From NCBI GenBank assembly GCA_965140345.1, contig OZ223198.1:327809-391808 (forward strand): 64,000 bases of DNA, read 5' to 3'. The stretch comes from Candidatus Kapaibacterium sp. (GTDB taxonomy: Bacteria; Bacteroidota; Ignavibacteria; Kapaibacteriales; UBA2268). Positions 45,159 to 55,668 of the stretch are shown here, one piece after another (the stretch's first letter is position 1; each line of letters starts with the position of its first letter). The position numbers and the translations under genes are program-made. Under the pieces are notes generated by a model. The model worked only from the letters and a program-made list of their open reading frames with translations. It did no database searches and was not told the origin of the DNA.

Positions 45159-46607
45159 ATGTTAATCCTTAAGCTCATTACCTGGTTCGCAGTAATTGTG
45201 ACCATTGTTTCTTTTATTGTGTTACTATTAGAACAAAAAGGCAGAAATCCAATTAAACAACTTGGTTCAGCGCAATTGATATTTATTACAATTTTCAGTG
45301 CAATTATTGGGAGTGTTTTAGGGTATATCGAATATCGGAGTGACCCTGCATATAAAGTATTTTCTAACAGAGAAATCCAAGCTTCGAAGTTAATTTACGG
45401 AGAGATTGGTATAGAACTAGCTAAATATCATACACTCGTTGCAGACCTAAAAGAATATGCTGAGTTGTACTCTTTATCAATGCAAGATTCTATACTTGCA
45501 AGCATTGATATATTAAACCACATTCATCATAACCTGGCGAAATTATCAAATACAAAGTATATAAGGAATAATTTAGAACAACAATTCAGCTTGCTTTCTA
45601 ATACTACTATACCTGTTTCAGAAATAAATTTGTTTTATAAGGCACTTGAAACAAATACATCAGAAATAAAAGATTACTACGAATTAGCTCAAAGATGGAC
45701 TCCTGAAAATCTCGGAGTTGATTTGAGCCGTAAGCTAAATCATCTCTATTTTGAAACTTTATCTTCTAGTTCAGCTATGCTATATTATGACTATTTAGGT
45801 TTATTAGCACAAGCTCCCAGTGAAATTCAAGATCAATTCAATTTAGAATTATCTCCAATGTTAACAAGCTTCCCATCTACCAAAGTCTTGACATTAACTG
45901 AAGCAGAGGCATTATCCACAAAGGAATATAACAAACAAATAGAACTTATGAATGATTTAGCAGGATTAATTGCACTTGGCGATGCTAAACAAAGGGAGAT
46001 TGAAGAAAATTTTGAGAGTATAGTTTTGAAACAAGAAAAAAATGAACTATTGAAATCAGAATTAGATATAAAAAAACAGCAGCTAAAAGACGCTTATTCC
46101 AGAATTTATGAGAAAAACAAAATTAGTAAAGAAGAAGACCAGTGGACTATGTTTGGCAAAATCACGAAAATATCGGCTCTAAAAATGTACAAAGAAGCAA
46201 TCGGAGAATTGGACAAGTTTATACTTTACAATAAGGACAAGGATCCAAATGTAGAAGAATATTCAAGATCTATTCAACAGTATTATGCATTTTTGGACAC
46301 ATACAAACAAAACAATGAACCATATCCAACTATATTAGATATGCCGATCAATAAACTTGGACTAATTGCTATGATGATGAAAGATAACAAACAACATAGC
46401 TGTTTGAAAGTTGGTGATATTATTATTACAAAAAATAAGACACCAATATATGATCAAGATCAATTTTTTGCTCTTAAAACAGGAGAAGAAGTTGAATATA
46501 CAATCTTTAGAGCTAGTAATTTGCCCGAAAATCCGTTTATGGAACTTAAAAGTAAAAAGGGAGATCCTTTAATTTTATTAGCAAACGTGTTTCAAAAAAT
46601 CGATTAA
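45159..46607 (+). CDS. membrane-anchored coiled-coil protein (2 N-terminal TM helices)
   Basis: 482 aa. N-terminal TM helices and a long helical region. No known domain recognised. Confidence 0.45.
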   Translation: MLILKLITWFAVIVTIVSFIVLLLEQKGRNPIKQLGSAQLIFITIFSAIIGSVLGYIEYRSDPAYKVFSNREIQASKLIYGEIGIELAKYHTLVADLKEYAELYSLSMQDSILASIDILNHIHHNLAKLSNTKYIRNNLEQQFSLLSNTTIPVSEINLFYKALETNTSEIKDYYELAQRWTPENLGVDLSRKLNHLYFETLSSSSAMLYYDYLGLLAQAPSEIQDQFNLELSPMLTSFPSTKVLTLTEAEALSTKEYNKQIELMNDLAGLIALGDAKQREIEENFESIVLKQEKNELLKSELDIKKQQLKDAYSRIYEKNKISKEEDQWTMFGKITKISALKMYKEAIGELDKFILYNKDKDPNVEEYSRSIQQYYAFLDTYKQNNEPYPTILDMPINKLGLIAMMMKDNKQHSCLKVGDIIITKNKTPIYDQDQFFALKTGEEVEYTIFRASNLPENPFMELKSKKGDPLILLANVFQKID

Positions 46608-46726
46608 GCATTACATATTAAAAATATACGATATTATTTTTTTAGCTCTCAAATGAACTTATTTCGAAGTACTTTGACAGCAATAGACTTAATTTTACAA
46701 GAAAGAAACTAACGTAAGGTGCAGTC

Positions 46727-47569
46727 ATGAAATTATTATTTTCTTCTGTTTTTATCATTTGTATCCTTTTGACTTACAACACTCACTTGGTTGCTACGGA
46801 TTTAAAATTTCACGGAAGTTGTGGGTATTCTTTGGATATAGAGAAACAAGCTATTACTATCTCGATTGATACAATCACGAACAGCTCTAACAACACATCC
46901 GGTAGTATAAAAGTGAGCGTATGTCTTACATATAGCCCGTTTAATGGGGAGACACAAACCGCCTTCAATCTAGCAGAATATCAGTTTAGCGAAGTACTTG
47001 AAACTAATTATTGTTATGCTGGTGTTCAACGTACTCTGCAAACTCAAAATCCAAAACAAGATGAATATCATATTGTATTTCTATTATGGGAATATACTGA
47101 GGAAGGATGGGTCGTTAGAGATTACAGGAATTTCAAAGACAGAATTACATTTAAAAAATATGACACGTGGGCAGACTTTCAGAAAACGCAAAGAAGAATG
47201 GAGCTAAAAGCACTACAAGCTACAAATAATTTTTTAGCTACTGGCGATTTTGAAGAGTATATGAAGCAGCATAAAGAGGTTTTTGAAACTTTTTATGAAG
47301 CAGCCAAAAGGCTTGATCCTCAAACTTTACAATTCTATTGTTCAATCTATTGTAATTCTAGTAACAATACCAAAACTACTAGATCCAAAGAAGATTTGGA
47401 ATGGAGTATCAATAGGACTAAAGAGTTATTAAAAGATGTAGAAGATCAGAAAGAAGCTGATTCAAAGAATCGATCCGGTGTTGTAACTGAAGCCTACAGA
47501 AATCAACTAATTGTAAAATTAAGAAGTCAGTTAGATGATTACAAAACCCAATTGATATATGCAAAATAA
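46727..47569 (+). CDS. secreted hypothetical protein
   Basis: Signal peptide, 280 aa, Cys-containing. Confidence 0.45.
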   Translation: MKLLFSSVFIICILLTYNTHLVATDLKFHGSCGYSLDIEKQAITISIDTITNSSNNTSGSIKVSVCLTYSPFNGETQTAFNLAEYQFSEVLETNYCYAGVQRTLQTQNPKQDEYHIVFLLWEYTEEGWVVRDYRNFKDRITFKKYDTWADFQKTQRRMELKALQATNNFLATGDFEEYMKQHKEVFETFYEAAKRLDPQTLQFYCSIYCNSSNNTKTTRSKEDLEWSINRTKELLKDVEDQKEADSKNRSGVVTEAYRNQLIVKLRSQLDDYKTQLIYAK

Positions 47570-47745
47570 TAGAATAACTTAAAGAATTGAGTAAGTAGTT
47601 CATCTATAATATCTGTTCAAACACAGTCTTACTAAGAGTTTATTCTGCAAATAATACTCTGGTGATATAAATGAGATACTGACTGAACTGTACAAAATCA
47701 AAGAATTAAATGCAAAACACATGAAATTAAACTAGGATTTCTAGA

Positions 47746-48795
47746 ATGAAACAGACTTTGTATATTTTCATTTTATTAATATTTATTGGAATTGCCAGCG
47801 CTCAAGACCATAATTACGATTGGGTAAAAAGCGTGCATACAAGCTTAGGCGTGCCGGTGGATTCGGATACAACAGATGACTATATCATTGTTAGACCTCA
47901 ATACGTTGTATCATATAACCATACGAAAGGAGTTCCCAATTGGGTAGCTTGGGAGTTAAACTCGAGCTGGTATGGAGATGTAGAGAGACATACAGGAAAT
48001 TTTATTACAGATAAATCTTTGCCTGAAAATTGGCAAATAAAGCATAGCGATTATACCAATTCAGGATATGATCGGGGGCATATGGTGCGTTCTGAAGAAA
48101 GAACTGCAACAGAAGAAGACAATATATCAACATTCCTTTTAACAAATATTATTCCTCAAAGACCTAACCTTAACAGAAAAGTATGGTTGAAGTTCGAATA
48201 TTATTGCGAAGACCTTTGCAAAGAACAAAACAAAGAGTTATTTGTCTATTCTGGAGGTATTTATTTCGCAGATAGTACTTTGAAATCTGAAGGGAAAGTT
48301 GCAGTACCTGAATCATGTTTTAAGATTGTAGTTGTTCTTGAAGCAGATCAAAGCATAAATGATATTACAAAAGACACAGAAGTAATTGCTGTATTAATGC
48401 CTAATGATGACGAAGTAGGCGCTAACTGGGAAGACTATCAGACTACGGTTGACCAAATTGAGAGTCTAACTGGGTATGATTTTATGAGTTCAGTCTCAGA
48501 TGATGTTGAGAATGCTTTAGAAAGTGCTTCTACTTATATTGAAGAAACAGAGATCACAGATTTACTTAAAGTTTTTCCTAATCCAGTTCAAGATATAGCT
48601 ATTATTAATCTGCCTGTTGGGGAATACAAAAAAATTAAACTATGTGATTTAGCTGGACGCACTTACTCAATTTCTAATCTAATAATATCAGATGATTCAA
48701 TAAGCATTGACATTTCTAATCTTCCATCAGGGAAGTACTTTATAACATTTGATATCGGAAAAGAGGTGTACAGAGCTGAATTTTTGAAGGAATAA
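47746..48795 (+). CDS. secreted DNA/RNA non-specific endonuclease (DRGH family) with T9SS C-terminal sorting domain
   Basis: Paralogue of 44184..45125 (same SGYDRGHMV, NWVAWEL, NIIPQRP blocks). The C-terminus KVFPNPVQDIAIINLP...YRAEFLKE matches the Por/T9SS C-terminal-domain consensus. Confidence 0.8.
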   Translation: MKQTLYIFILLIFIGIASAQDHNYDWVKSVHTSLGVPVDSDTTDDYIIVRPQYVVSYNHTKGVPNWVAWELNSSWYGDVERHTGNFITDKSLPENWQIKHSDYTNSGYDRGHMVRSEERTATEEDNISTFLLTNIIPQRPNLNRKVWLKFEYYCEDLCKEQNKELFVYSGGIYFADSTLKSEGKVAVPESCFKIVVVLEADQSINDITKDTEVIAVLMPNDDEVGANWEDYQTTVDQIESLTGYDFMSSVSDDVENALESASTYIEETEITDLLKVFPNPVQDIAIINLPVGEYKKIKLCDLAGRTYSISNLIISDDSISIDISNLPSGKYFITFDIGKEVYRAEFLKE

Positions 48796-49100
48796 GAAAA
48801 AGTTTCATGTCCACTAAACAACCACAATTATAAAGTTTAAAACTATTGAAAATTCAAATACACAAAAAAAAGATAATAAAAATCAAAAGCAAACAAGGAA
48901 ACAGTTAAATGAGTAAAAAGACAAATTGACTAGTTCCTCTCATTAAATACCTGATGCAATTAACAACAAGTATTTTACCCTGAATACAACTCAATGGTCG
49001 AGTGATAAAGTGTTTTGGTATTTATATAGTTGAAAATATATTTAGCCTTCTTTAAAGCACAGAGTAGCGAATTTTAGAATAAGATATGAATGAAGAAAAT

Positions 49101-50078
49101 TTAAAACATCGATTCATTATACGAGCTATAACCGACTTTTGTCATAATCTCAGCTAATACATCAGAGTCAATTGGCCATTCAAGGCTTAAAGTGTAATTA
49201 GCTGAATTCAAAGAATAGAGGATATATAGTATTATTGGTTGCTTAGAGAGATAAGAGTTGTTTTCATAGAAATATTCATCTAACTCTTCAGAATTTTCTT
49301 TTACATATGACTCTATTTTATCAATATCTAGCGGAATCTTTTCTTCAAGCTTGAAGAAAAGATCTGTTAGTTCGATATCTAAGCTATCTTTATCATAACT
49401 TGGGAATCTAGTTTGATAAAGCTTTGTTAGCTGAAGTAATATATTATTGTATTTTCTGTTTTTATTGCTCATCATAGTTTTAATTGAACAAAAATAATCA
49501 TCAGTAGCTTCTAAAAGGGCTATAGATTTTGAAAGATTCCTCAATATTTCTGGATCATTTCTAAATGGACCTTTATAAGTAGTGTCATGACTTACTTCTG
49601 CAAGTGCATGTTGTAAAACAGTCCTTATCTGTATTTCACAAGTAATGAGATCCTTATTGCTTCTATCATCCTTTGGTTTTACAACGATATGCACAGATTG
49701 GTAATCAAAATTTTTAGGATTTACAAATGCCTCTTCTTGATAGTTTCTACTTACCTGTATGTCGATTTTATCGCATGATTTGAGACAATTTAACAAATTA
49801 ATAACTGAAACAGAATGTAGAAAAATGACTCTAACGCCAACTTTATCTTCAATATCCTTAATGGGATCCACATAATCTTTACGTCTGTATAAAGCCTTCT
49901 TTATGAATGAGTCGATATCCTTAATTCTTGGTTTAGATACAAGTTTTATATCAGCACTCAATTCAGAATCTGCCGAAATAATCTCACAAAGCACATTAGA
50001 AACATAGTTTCCCCATTTTTCTAATTCGTTCTTTATTGAGTCAAATTCACTGACTAACTGACTGATCTTGTCCTTCAT
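49101..50078 (-). CDS. RelA/SpoT-domain nucleotide pyrophosphokinase, synthetase-only (SAS/toxSAS-like) with a roughly 120-aa C-terminal extension
   Basis: Motifs in canonical order: KPRIKDIDSFIKKALYRR, IEDKVGVRVIFLH, DYQSVHIVV, CEIQIRTVLQHALAEVSHDTTYK. No HD hydrolase domain. Confidence 0.75.
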   Translation of the reverse strand: MKDKISQLVSEFDSIKNELEKWGNYVSNVLCEIISADSELSADIKLVSKPRIKDIDSFIKKALYRRKDYVDPIKDIEDKVGVRVIFLHSVSVINLLNCLKSCDKIDIQVSRNYQEEAFVNPKNFDYQSVHIVVKPKDDRSNKDLITCEIQIRTVLQHALAEVSHDTTYKGPFRNDPEILRNLSKSIALLEATDDYFCSIKTMMSNKNRKYNNILLQLTKLYQTRFPSYDKDSLDIELTDLFFKLEEKIPLDIDKIESYVKENSEELDEYFYENNSYLSKQPIILYILYSLNSANYTLSLEWPIDSDVLAEIMTKVGYSSYNESMF

Positions 50079-51133
50079 CCTCTTTTTGGCTTACCTTTAA
50101 TTTTTAAAACTGTATAATTTGGATTATCTATATCCAAAGTCTCTAATTCATCTTTTGTTGAAATGACGTTGACATTTAGATTGAAATTGTTATTAGGTCC
50201 TGAAATTACAACATTGTCGTTAAATTTCATACTGTCTTTTTCAATTTTCTTTTTGAGAAGTGTTGAATCCTTGGTAAAAGACAAAGGAAATTTTTTCAGT
50301 ATTTCCTCATGATATTGATCTAAGACTTCGATTTCGTCAGAGAAACACTTCTCTCCAAAAAGTTTGGGATTAAGTATATTTTGTTGATTATCTAGCATTT
50401 CTGCTTTTAATAAATTTGAGGCACTTGTTTTTTTTTCCCAACTACTTAACTGAGTATCAATGAAATTAGAAGTGCTATTATAAAACTCTTGAGATAATAA
50501 TTTTGAATTTTGAGAAGCATCAAAACCCAAGAAATCTTTATAGAAATAAGTAGCTGGAAAAGAATCTAGTCGAAATTGATCATCAAATAAATATGCACTA
50601 TATTCTGTTTCTATTTCTGTCTGCCTTTTTGATAATATACCAATTTTGTATAGCTTTTGGGATGGACTTAAGAATATGTCGCTTATCTTTTTAAGGTGCA
50701 ACTCTCCTTCCTTAGCTAAAGCGGTATGTAATTCAGCTTTAATAACAATGTATAATAATTGTAAACTCAATGGGTGCTTCGCTTCAATAATTATTAGATA
50801 ACCTCCAGGGATATTGCTTTTTGTTTGACTACTTGCTAATAACTCTGCAATATCTTTAGAAGATTCAATAAAATCATTATCTTCTAACTGTTCCAGTTTG
50901 TGACATATATCAAAAAAGCTCCCATCTTCTTTTTCCTCGATCTCTAGTTCAAAGGCTCTTGAATGCTTCCCAGCTGCATCAACTAGCCTTGTTTTAATTA
51001 AATCTTCAACATCATTCTCCATTAAAATTAAAGATTCAGAGGTGATTGTTTTTGCATGCTGTTCATTTGGTTCCTTCTTGAGTATCTCATGCATTATTGC
51101 TCTTGAAATTTTGATGTTTTTGTAATTGGTCAT
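50075..51133 (-). CDS. nucleoid-associated protein NdpA/YejK (NA37) family homologue
   Basis: N-terminal ISRAIMHEILKKEPN matches the YejK pattern INQIALHQLIKRDEQN. Further resemblances are GGYLIII (cf. GGFVLF), DFLGF (cf. DFLGA) and C-terminal TVLKIKGKPKRG (cf. TLTIKGTPPN). The comparison is against YejK recalled from memory. Confidence 0.55.
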   Translation of the reverse strand: MTNYKNIKISRAIMHEILKKEPNEQHAKTITSESLILMENDVEDLIKTRLVDAAGKHSRAFELEIEEKEDGSFFDICHKLEQLEDNDFIESSKDIAELLASSQTKSNIPGGYLIIIEAKHPLSLQLLYIVIKAELHTALAKEGELHLKKISDIFLSPSQKLYKIGILSKRQTEIETEYSAYLFDDQFRLDSFPATYFYKDFLGFDASQNSKLLSQEFYNSTSNFIDTQLSSWEKKTSASNLLKAEMLDNQQNILNPKLFGEKCFSDEIEVLDQYHEEILKKFPLSFTKDSTLLKKKIEKDSMKFNDNVVISGPNNNFNLNVNVISTKDELETLDIDNPNYTVLKIKGKPKRG

Positions 51134-51549
51134 AATATTTTACCCCATAAAAAATCAGTCATATATATTTTTCAAAATAACAAGCTAGATTAATATTGCT
51201 ATTTTCGACAATAAAGTATTGTTATAAATGACAAACAATAGTTAAAATGTATAGTACTAATATAAATATAGTATTATAATATTAATTTAATACAAGTATT
51301 TAAAAATATTTTATAGACATTAAAAACAACACATCCCTGAACTTACAATAGGCATATCTTTAGAGTATATTTAAAATTTATACTTAAAATAATCAAATTG
51401 CTATAAAATTACTAGTTGTTTAATTACATAACTTGTGCTATCATAAAGTATAATTAATATAAAATATGCAATACTTGTCATAATTGACAAATAATTATTG
51501 CATAAAAATACAAATGTTATTTAATACACGGTCTTAAAAGGGGTATACT

Positions 51550-52425
51550 ATGAGACTTTTTCTAATCTTACTATTCTTTGTTTTTATTTGCGGGTCTTAT
51601 GACTCATATGCAGGGCAATATTATCGAAATGTAAATCACGATGCGACTTTTATCTTAACTGCTGATGGACTATTGCAGAAACAATTGACTTCGGAAGAAT
51701 CTATCATGCCGGTAGCAGGTGATATTGGATTTGATTTGTTAGGTTCTGCTACTCTTTTTTCATTTAAATATAGAGTACAAAATAATTATGAAACACTTGA
51801 ATCATCTGAATCCAAGGACTTTGGTTCTTCAATTTTACTTCCAAGTTCTGCAGGTAAAAGATATTTTGAAATAGGTTTTACATATCTTCCGTACTCAGCT
51901 ACAGCAGTTTCTCCTGGTAAGATCTCTTTAATTGAAGAAGGATGGAATGGTCTTAAGAGTTTATTTGGAGCTGGGAATTCAACACCTAATGTAGGTTTTT
52001 TTCAAACGTTAGGTTTCGAAGCTGGGCTTAAATTAAAACAAATGGAATGGAACTATACATCTAATAAAGTAGAAGAAGCTATCCATATTGACCAACTACA
52101 TCAAATTCTTATTGATGCAAATATTATTATCCCTATACATTATGTCAATACAAATGCCGATAATGAAATTTCCATATTGTTCAATATAGGTTATACTTCG
52201 AGAGGCATTCAATATGACGATGATTACATTGAAAAAGCTCAGTACTTATTAAACACTACAAAAAAATGGTTTCATGGTATAAATCTAGGGATGGATTTAC
52301 ATATAAATGATACAAAGATATCTATTTTTTATCCTTTTTTATTTGGGAGTAAAAACATTCCTGGTTTTGAAACTGTGATTCCTATTTTGAATGTCGAGTT
52401 AAATGGTTCTCTATTTAATATTTAA
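51550..52425 (+). CDS. secreted beta-rich protein (possible outer-membrane protein)
   Basis: Signal peptide MRLFLILLFFVFICGSYDSYAGQ. 291 aa, ending with Phe-containing beta-strand-like segments. Confidence 0.45.
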   Translation: MRLFLILLFFVFICGSYDSYAGQYYRNVNHDATFILTADGLLQKQLTSEESIMPVAGDIGFDLLGSATLFSFKYRVQNNYETLESSESKDFGSSILLPSSAGKRYFEIGFTYLPYSATAVSPGKISLIEEGWNGLKSLFGAGNSTPNVGFFQTLGFEAGLKLKQMEWNYTSNKVEEAIHIDQLHQILIDANIIIPIHYVNTNADNEISILFNIGYTSRGIQYDDDYIEKAQYLLNTTKKWFHGINLGMDLHINDTKISIFYPFLFGSKNIPGFETVIPILNVELNGSLFNI

Positions 52426-52431
52426 ACAAAT

Positions 52432-52469
52432 GTCAAAGAGCTATTTTTTTAAAATAATAGCTCTTTGAC
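52432..52469. terminator. perfect 14-bp palindromic hairpin (bidirectional terminator-like)
   Basis: GTCAAAGAGCTATT-tttttaaaat-AATAGCTCTTTGAC immediately after the stop at 52425. Confidence 0.45.
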
Positions 52470-52798
52470 TTCTATATCATGTATTATGTACACATAGATG
52501 AACAGAGATATAAAAATTTGATGGCTCATAAAAGAAAAATTCAACTTTCTTCGAAACTAAGGCATGTATTAGCGATGTGTATTCTATTTAGAGTCATTAG
52601 TTATTGCTATAATTATTTAAATTATTCTTTAGAATTTCGTCTAATATGATACATTACTTTATCTTACCATGTCATACCTCTCTAAAAAACAATAAAAAAT
52701 CAAAACATTACAGACACTATGTGTCATAAGTCAAAGTATCTTATAAACAGCAACGGGGGGAAATTTTATTTTGTAAAATTTCTATTTGGAGCAAATGT

Positions 52799-53236
52799 AT
52801 GGCTAGAGGACAATACTCTCCCAATTTATCAGATGTGTTCGAAACGACAGAGCTAGAATTAAACAAATTCCTTACTTCCTATACTGCCGGACCAGGTATT
52901 AATGATATGGATGGTATGGAAAAAGTAACAGTTCCATTAATTGAAGGAATTAGAAAAGACAGAACTTATGTTCTCAAAGTTAATGGTGACTCAATGTCTC
53001 CGAAAATACAGGATAATGATACTCTACTTATTGATATAAACCCTTGCAAATATCAAACTGGTGACATTGTAGCAGTTTGTTTGAATGGAGATTATATGGT
53101 AAAAGTATATGATCCTGGATCTTACTGTTTATATCTTACTTCTATTAATCCAGAGTATGAACCTATAAGGGTATACGAAGAAGAGGACTCTTTGCAAATT
53201 CTAGGTAAAGTTATCAAAATTATTAGGGATGTATAA
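52799..53236 (+). CDS. standalone S24 (LexA/UmuD-type) peptidase domain protein
   Basis: VNGDSMSP (Ser nucleophile) and MVKVY (Lys) dyad with S24 spacing. 145 aa. No N-terminal HTH. Confidence 0.65.
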   Translation: MARGQYSPNLSDVFETTELELNKFLTSYTAGPGINDMDGMEKVTVPLIEGIRKDRTYVLKVNGDSMSPKIQDNDTLLIDINPCKYQTGDIVAVCLNGDYMVKVYDPGSYCLYLTSINPEYEPIRVYEEEDSLQILGKVIKIIRDV

Positions 53237-53490
53237 TACATCCCTTTTTATTATCAATATTGCCTTAGAAAGAAACATTTGTATTTTATGACAAACTTTC
53301 AAATACAGTTAAATATGAACTCACCCTAACAAAATCAATCTATTTCTTGTTTTTATTAAATAAAAGGCTACTTTTTTCAAAAAAAAATTAGTAACATTGT
53401 TATTAAATATCCTAATTTCAGAGAATATTGTTATTTGTGACAATATTTTCTTGCCATTTAGTGCAAAAAAGCATGTGATTATAATAAAAG

Positions 53491-54132
53491 ATGGAATATA
53501 AAATGAAAGAGACGGCAACAGAAAGACTAGATTTATTTATAAAAGTATTACTGAGAGATTATACTAAAACAAAAATTGCTGAAATGATAGGCATAGATTT
53601 GCCTATGCTGTCAAGATTTACAAAAGGTAACAAAGTTCCCGGAGCAGATAATCTTAAAAAAATTACCCAGCTTGGTGTGTCGATTAATTGGTTGTTGAAT
53701 GGAAAAGGTGCTGTTTTGAGTAACGATGAATATGGAGTAAGAGCAAGAAATATATTTATAGATGATTTGCGTAATACAAAAGCGTCACTTGGAAAGAAAG
53801 AAATATCTCATAGCAAAATTATAGAAACCATCAATAAACATTATGGTAGCGAAGAAAAATTTTGCAAATATTTAGATGATAATAATATAAAGTACAACAA
53901 AGAGCATTTGGAAGAATTCTTTCTAGGAGACCAATCAATTCGTTTAGGTATAGAAGAAATATTTTATAAAACTAATATTTACCTCTACATTAATTACGAA
54001 GATCAAGAATTACTATCTGGGATTAAATACGTAATTGAAAATATTCAGCAATATCAAGAATGTTATTTAAAGACTAATAGTAGAGCTGATGAGATATTGA
54101 AAAAGATTAAAGACATTATTAGTGAGTATTAG
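53491..54132 (+). CDS. XRE-type HTH protein with unknown C-terminal domain
   Basis: KIAEMIGIDLPMLSRFTKGNK...LGVSINWLLNG is an HTH_3-like motif. Its stop is 3 nt before the next start. Confidence 0.55.
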   Translation: MEYKMKETATERLDLFIKVLLRDYTKTKIAEMIGIDLPMLSRFTKGNKVPGADNLKKITQLGVSINWLLNGKGAVLSNDEYGVRARNIFIDDLRNTKASLGKKEISHSKIIETINKHYGSEEKFCKYLDDNNIKYNKEHLEEFFLGDQSIRLGIEEIFYKTNIYLYINYEDQELLSGIKYVIENIQQYQECYLKTNSRADEILKKIKDIISEY

Positions 54133-54134
54133 CA

Positions 54135-55667
54135 TTGAAACTTATTATCATATATCTATTTGTGTGTTTATCTGTGTCTAGTTTAATAGGGATGGATTTG
54201 TACACAAATAAACAAAAAGATCCTGTGGTTGATAAATATTTGTATCATTCCGAAAGAATATTTGAAGCTATTCCAGACTCAGGAAAATATTATGCTCTGA
54301 TGGCATTAAACGATTCTGAGAATTCCTATGATAGTGCTTATTCATTTGAACAATTAGGCAAGTCTTATGTCGAATTGGGACATATAGACAGCGGGTTTGT
54401 TTATTTAAACTATGCACGAGCCCTTTTTAAGGATATAGATTATTCTCCCGGTTTAATCAATGTCTTTACTGATTTAGGACAAACATCATTACAATATGGA
54501 ATTTATGAAAAATCAAAAGAATACTATCAGAAAGCGTTAGCAATTAAATCTAAGGAGCTAAAAGAAGATTTAGTCTTAATGGATATCTTCTACCATTTAG
54601 CTATCCTAGAATCGGTTCTAGGGCATTTTGAATCTAGTTTTGCCTACTATGAAAAGATAATGCAATATTACAAATCTCGTGATTACAAAAAGCGATATAT
54701 CAATACTACTATCGAATATGCTAAAACACTTACCAACAATGGGCAATACAAGAAATCATCGAAAATTTTACTTACTACAGTAAATGATGATGATAATGAA
54801 TATAAAAATGATGTATTTTCTCAATTAGCGATAAATCAGTACTACCTAGACAACTTAGACAGTGCTGTTTATTTTTCTAAACGAGAACTCAAACACTGTA
54901 TCACCAAAGAAGACAGTTTAGAATGTTTAAGTAACTTATCAGCATACTATATTTTCCAAAATAATTTCATAGATGCAGATAAGTGTTACCAACAAGCAAT
55001 GCACTTACATATACCAGAGCACAGCAAAGTCCATATTAACTTGAATCAAATAGAAGTCCTGAGTAAGCTTAAGAAAAAAGAAGAAGCGGTTACTCTATTC
55101 AATAGCACGGCCAACTTAATACTTGATTCTAATATGACAAAATTTTACGAAAACCTTATTGATTTAAAAGACACACTACTTAGCAATGGGATTATTCTTA
55201 GTTTCAATTCAGACAGGATGTGTAGAGCATTGCTTAGGGCTAAATCCTCAGAATCACATCTCGATGTTACACTTTCTCAAAACTTAATAAATACAATAGA
55301 TAAAGCTGATTACGAGATCAAAATTAGAGATAAAGAAATCAAGCTAAAGCATAGTTATAACATAGCTTTATCAATACTCGTATTACTGCTAATATTTTCA
55401 CTTGTTTTAGTTTTTTACAAGCATGCTAAACTGAAGCAGTATTTGAATAGTCTAAAAGAAAGCTATTCGATAGTATCTGTGAAAGTAAATAATGACCTAA
55501 GAACTCTATTACATAATTTTTTAGCCCTAGAGGAAGAAATAGGTTCTGTATTTAGTGTAAAAGATCGGTTAGAAAAAGACATAATACCTTTATTAGATGA
55601 TATTAAGAGCTTACTAGATGTACTGAGTAAGCAGTTGTTAAAAAAACACAAAAGCAAGGAGAAATGA
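54135..55667 (+). CDS. TPR-repeat membrane protein (signal/TM N-terminus, TM near C-terminus)
   Basis: Multiple TPR-like units (YYQKALAIKSK..., AYYEKIMQYYKS...). C-terminal TM ALSILVLLLIFSLVLVFY. Architecture typical of Bacteroidetes TPR-TM sensors but without a kinase or LuxR output. Confidence 0.6.
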   Translation: MKLIIIYLFVCLSVSSLIGMDLYTNKQKDPVVDKYLYHSERIFEAIPDSGKYYALMALNDSENSYDSAYSFEQLGKSYVELGHIDSGFVYLNYARALFKDIDYSPGLINVFTDLGQTSLQYGIYEKSKEYYQKALAIKSKELKEDLVLMDIFYHLAILESVLGHFESSFAYYEKIMQYYKSRDYKKRYINTTIEYAKTLTNNGQYKKSSKILLTTVNDDDNEYKNDVFSQLAINQYYLDNLDSAVYFSKRELKHCITKEDSLECLSNLSAYYIFQNNFIDADKCYQQAMHLHIPEHSKVHINLNQIEVLSKLKKKEEAVTLFNSTANLILDSNMTKFYENLIDLKDTLLSNGIILSFNSDRMCRALLRAKSSESHLDVTLSQNLINTIDKADYEIKIRDKEIKLKHSYNIALSILVLLLIFSLVLVFYKHAKLKQYLNSLKESYSIVSVKVNNDLRTLLHNFLALEEEIGSVFSVKDRLEKDIIPLLDDIKSLLDVLSKQLLKKHKSKEK

Positions 55668-55668
55668 C

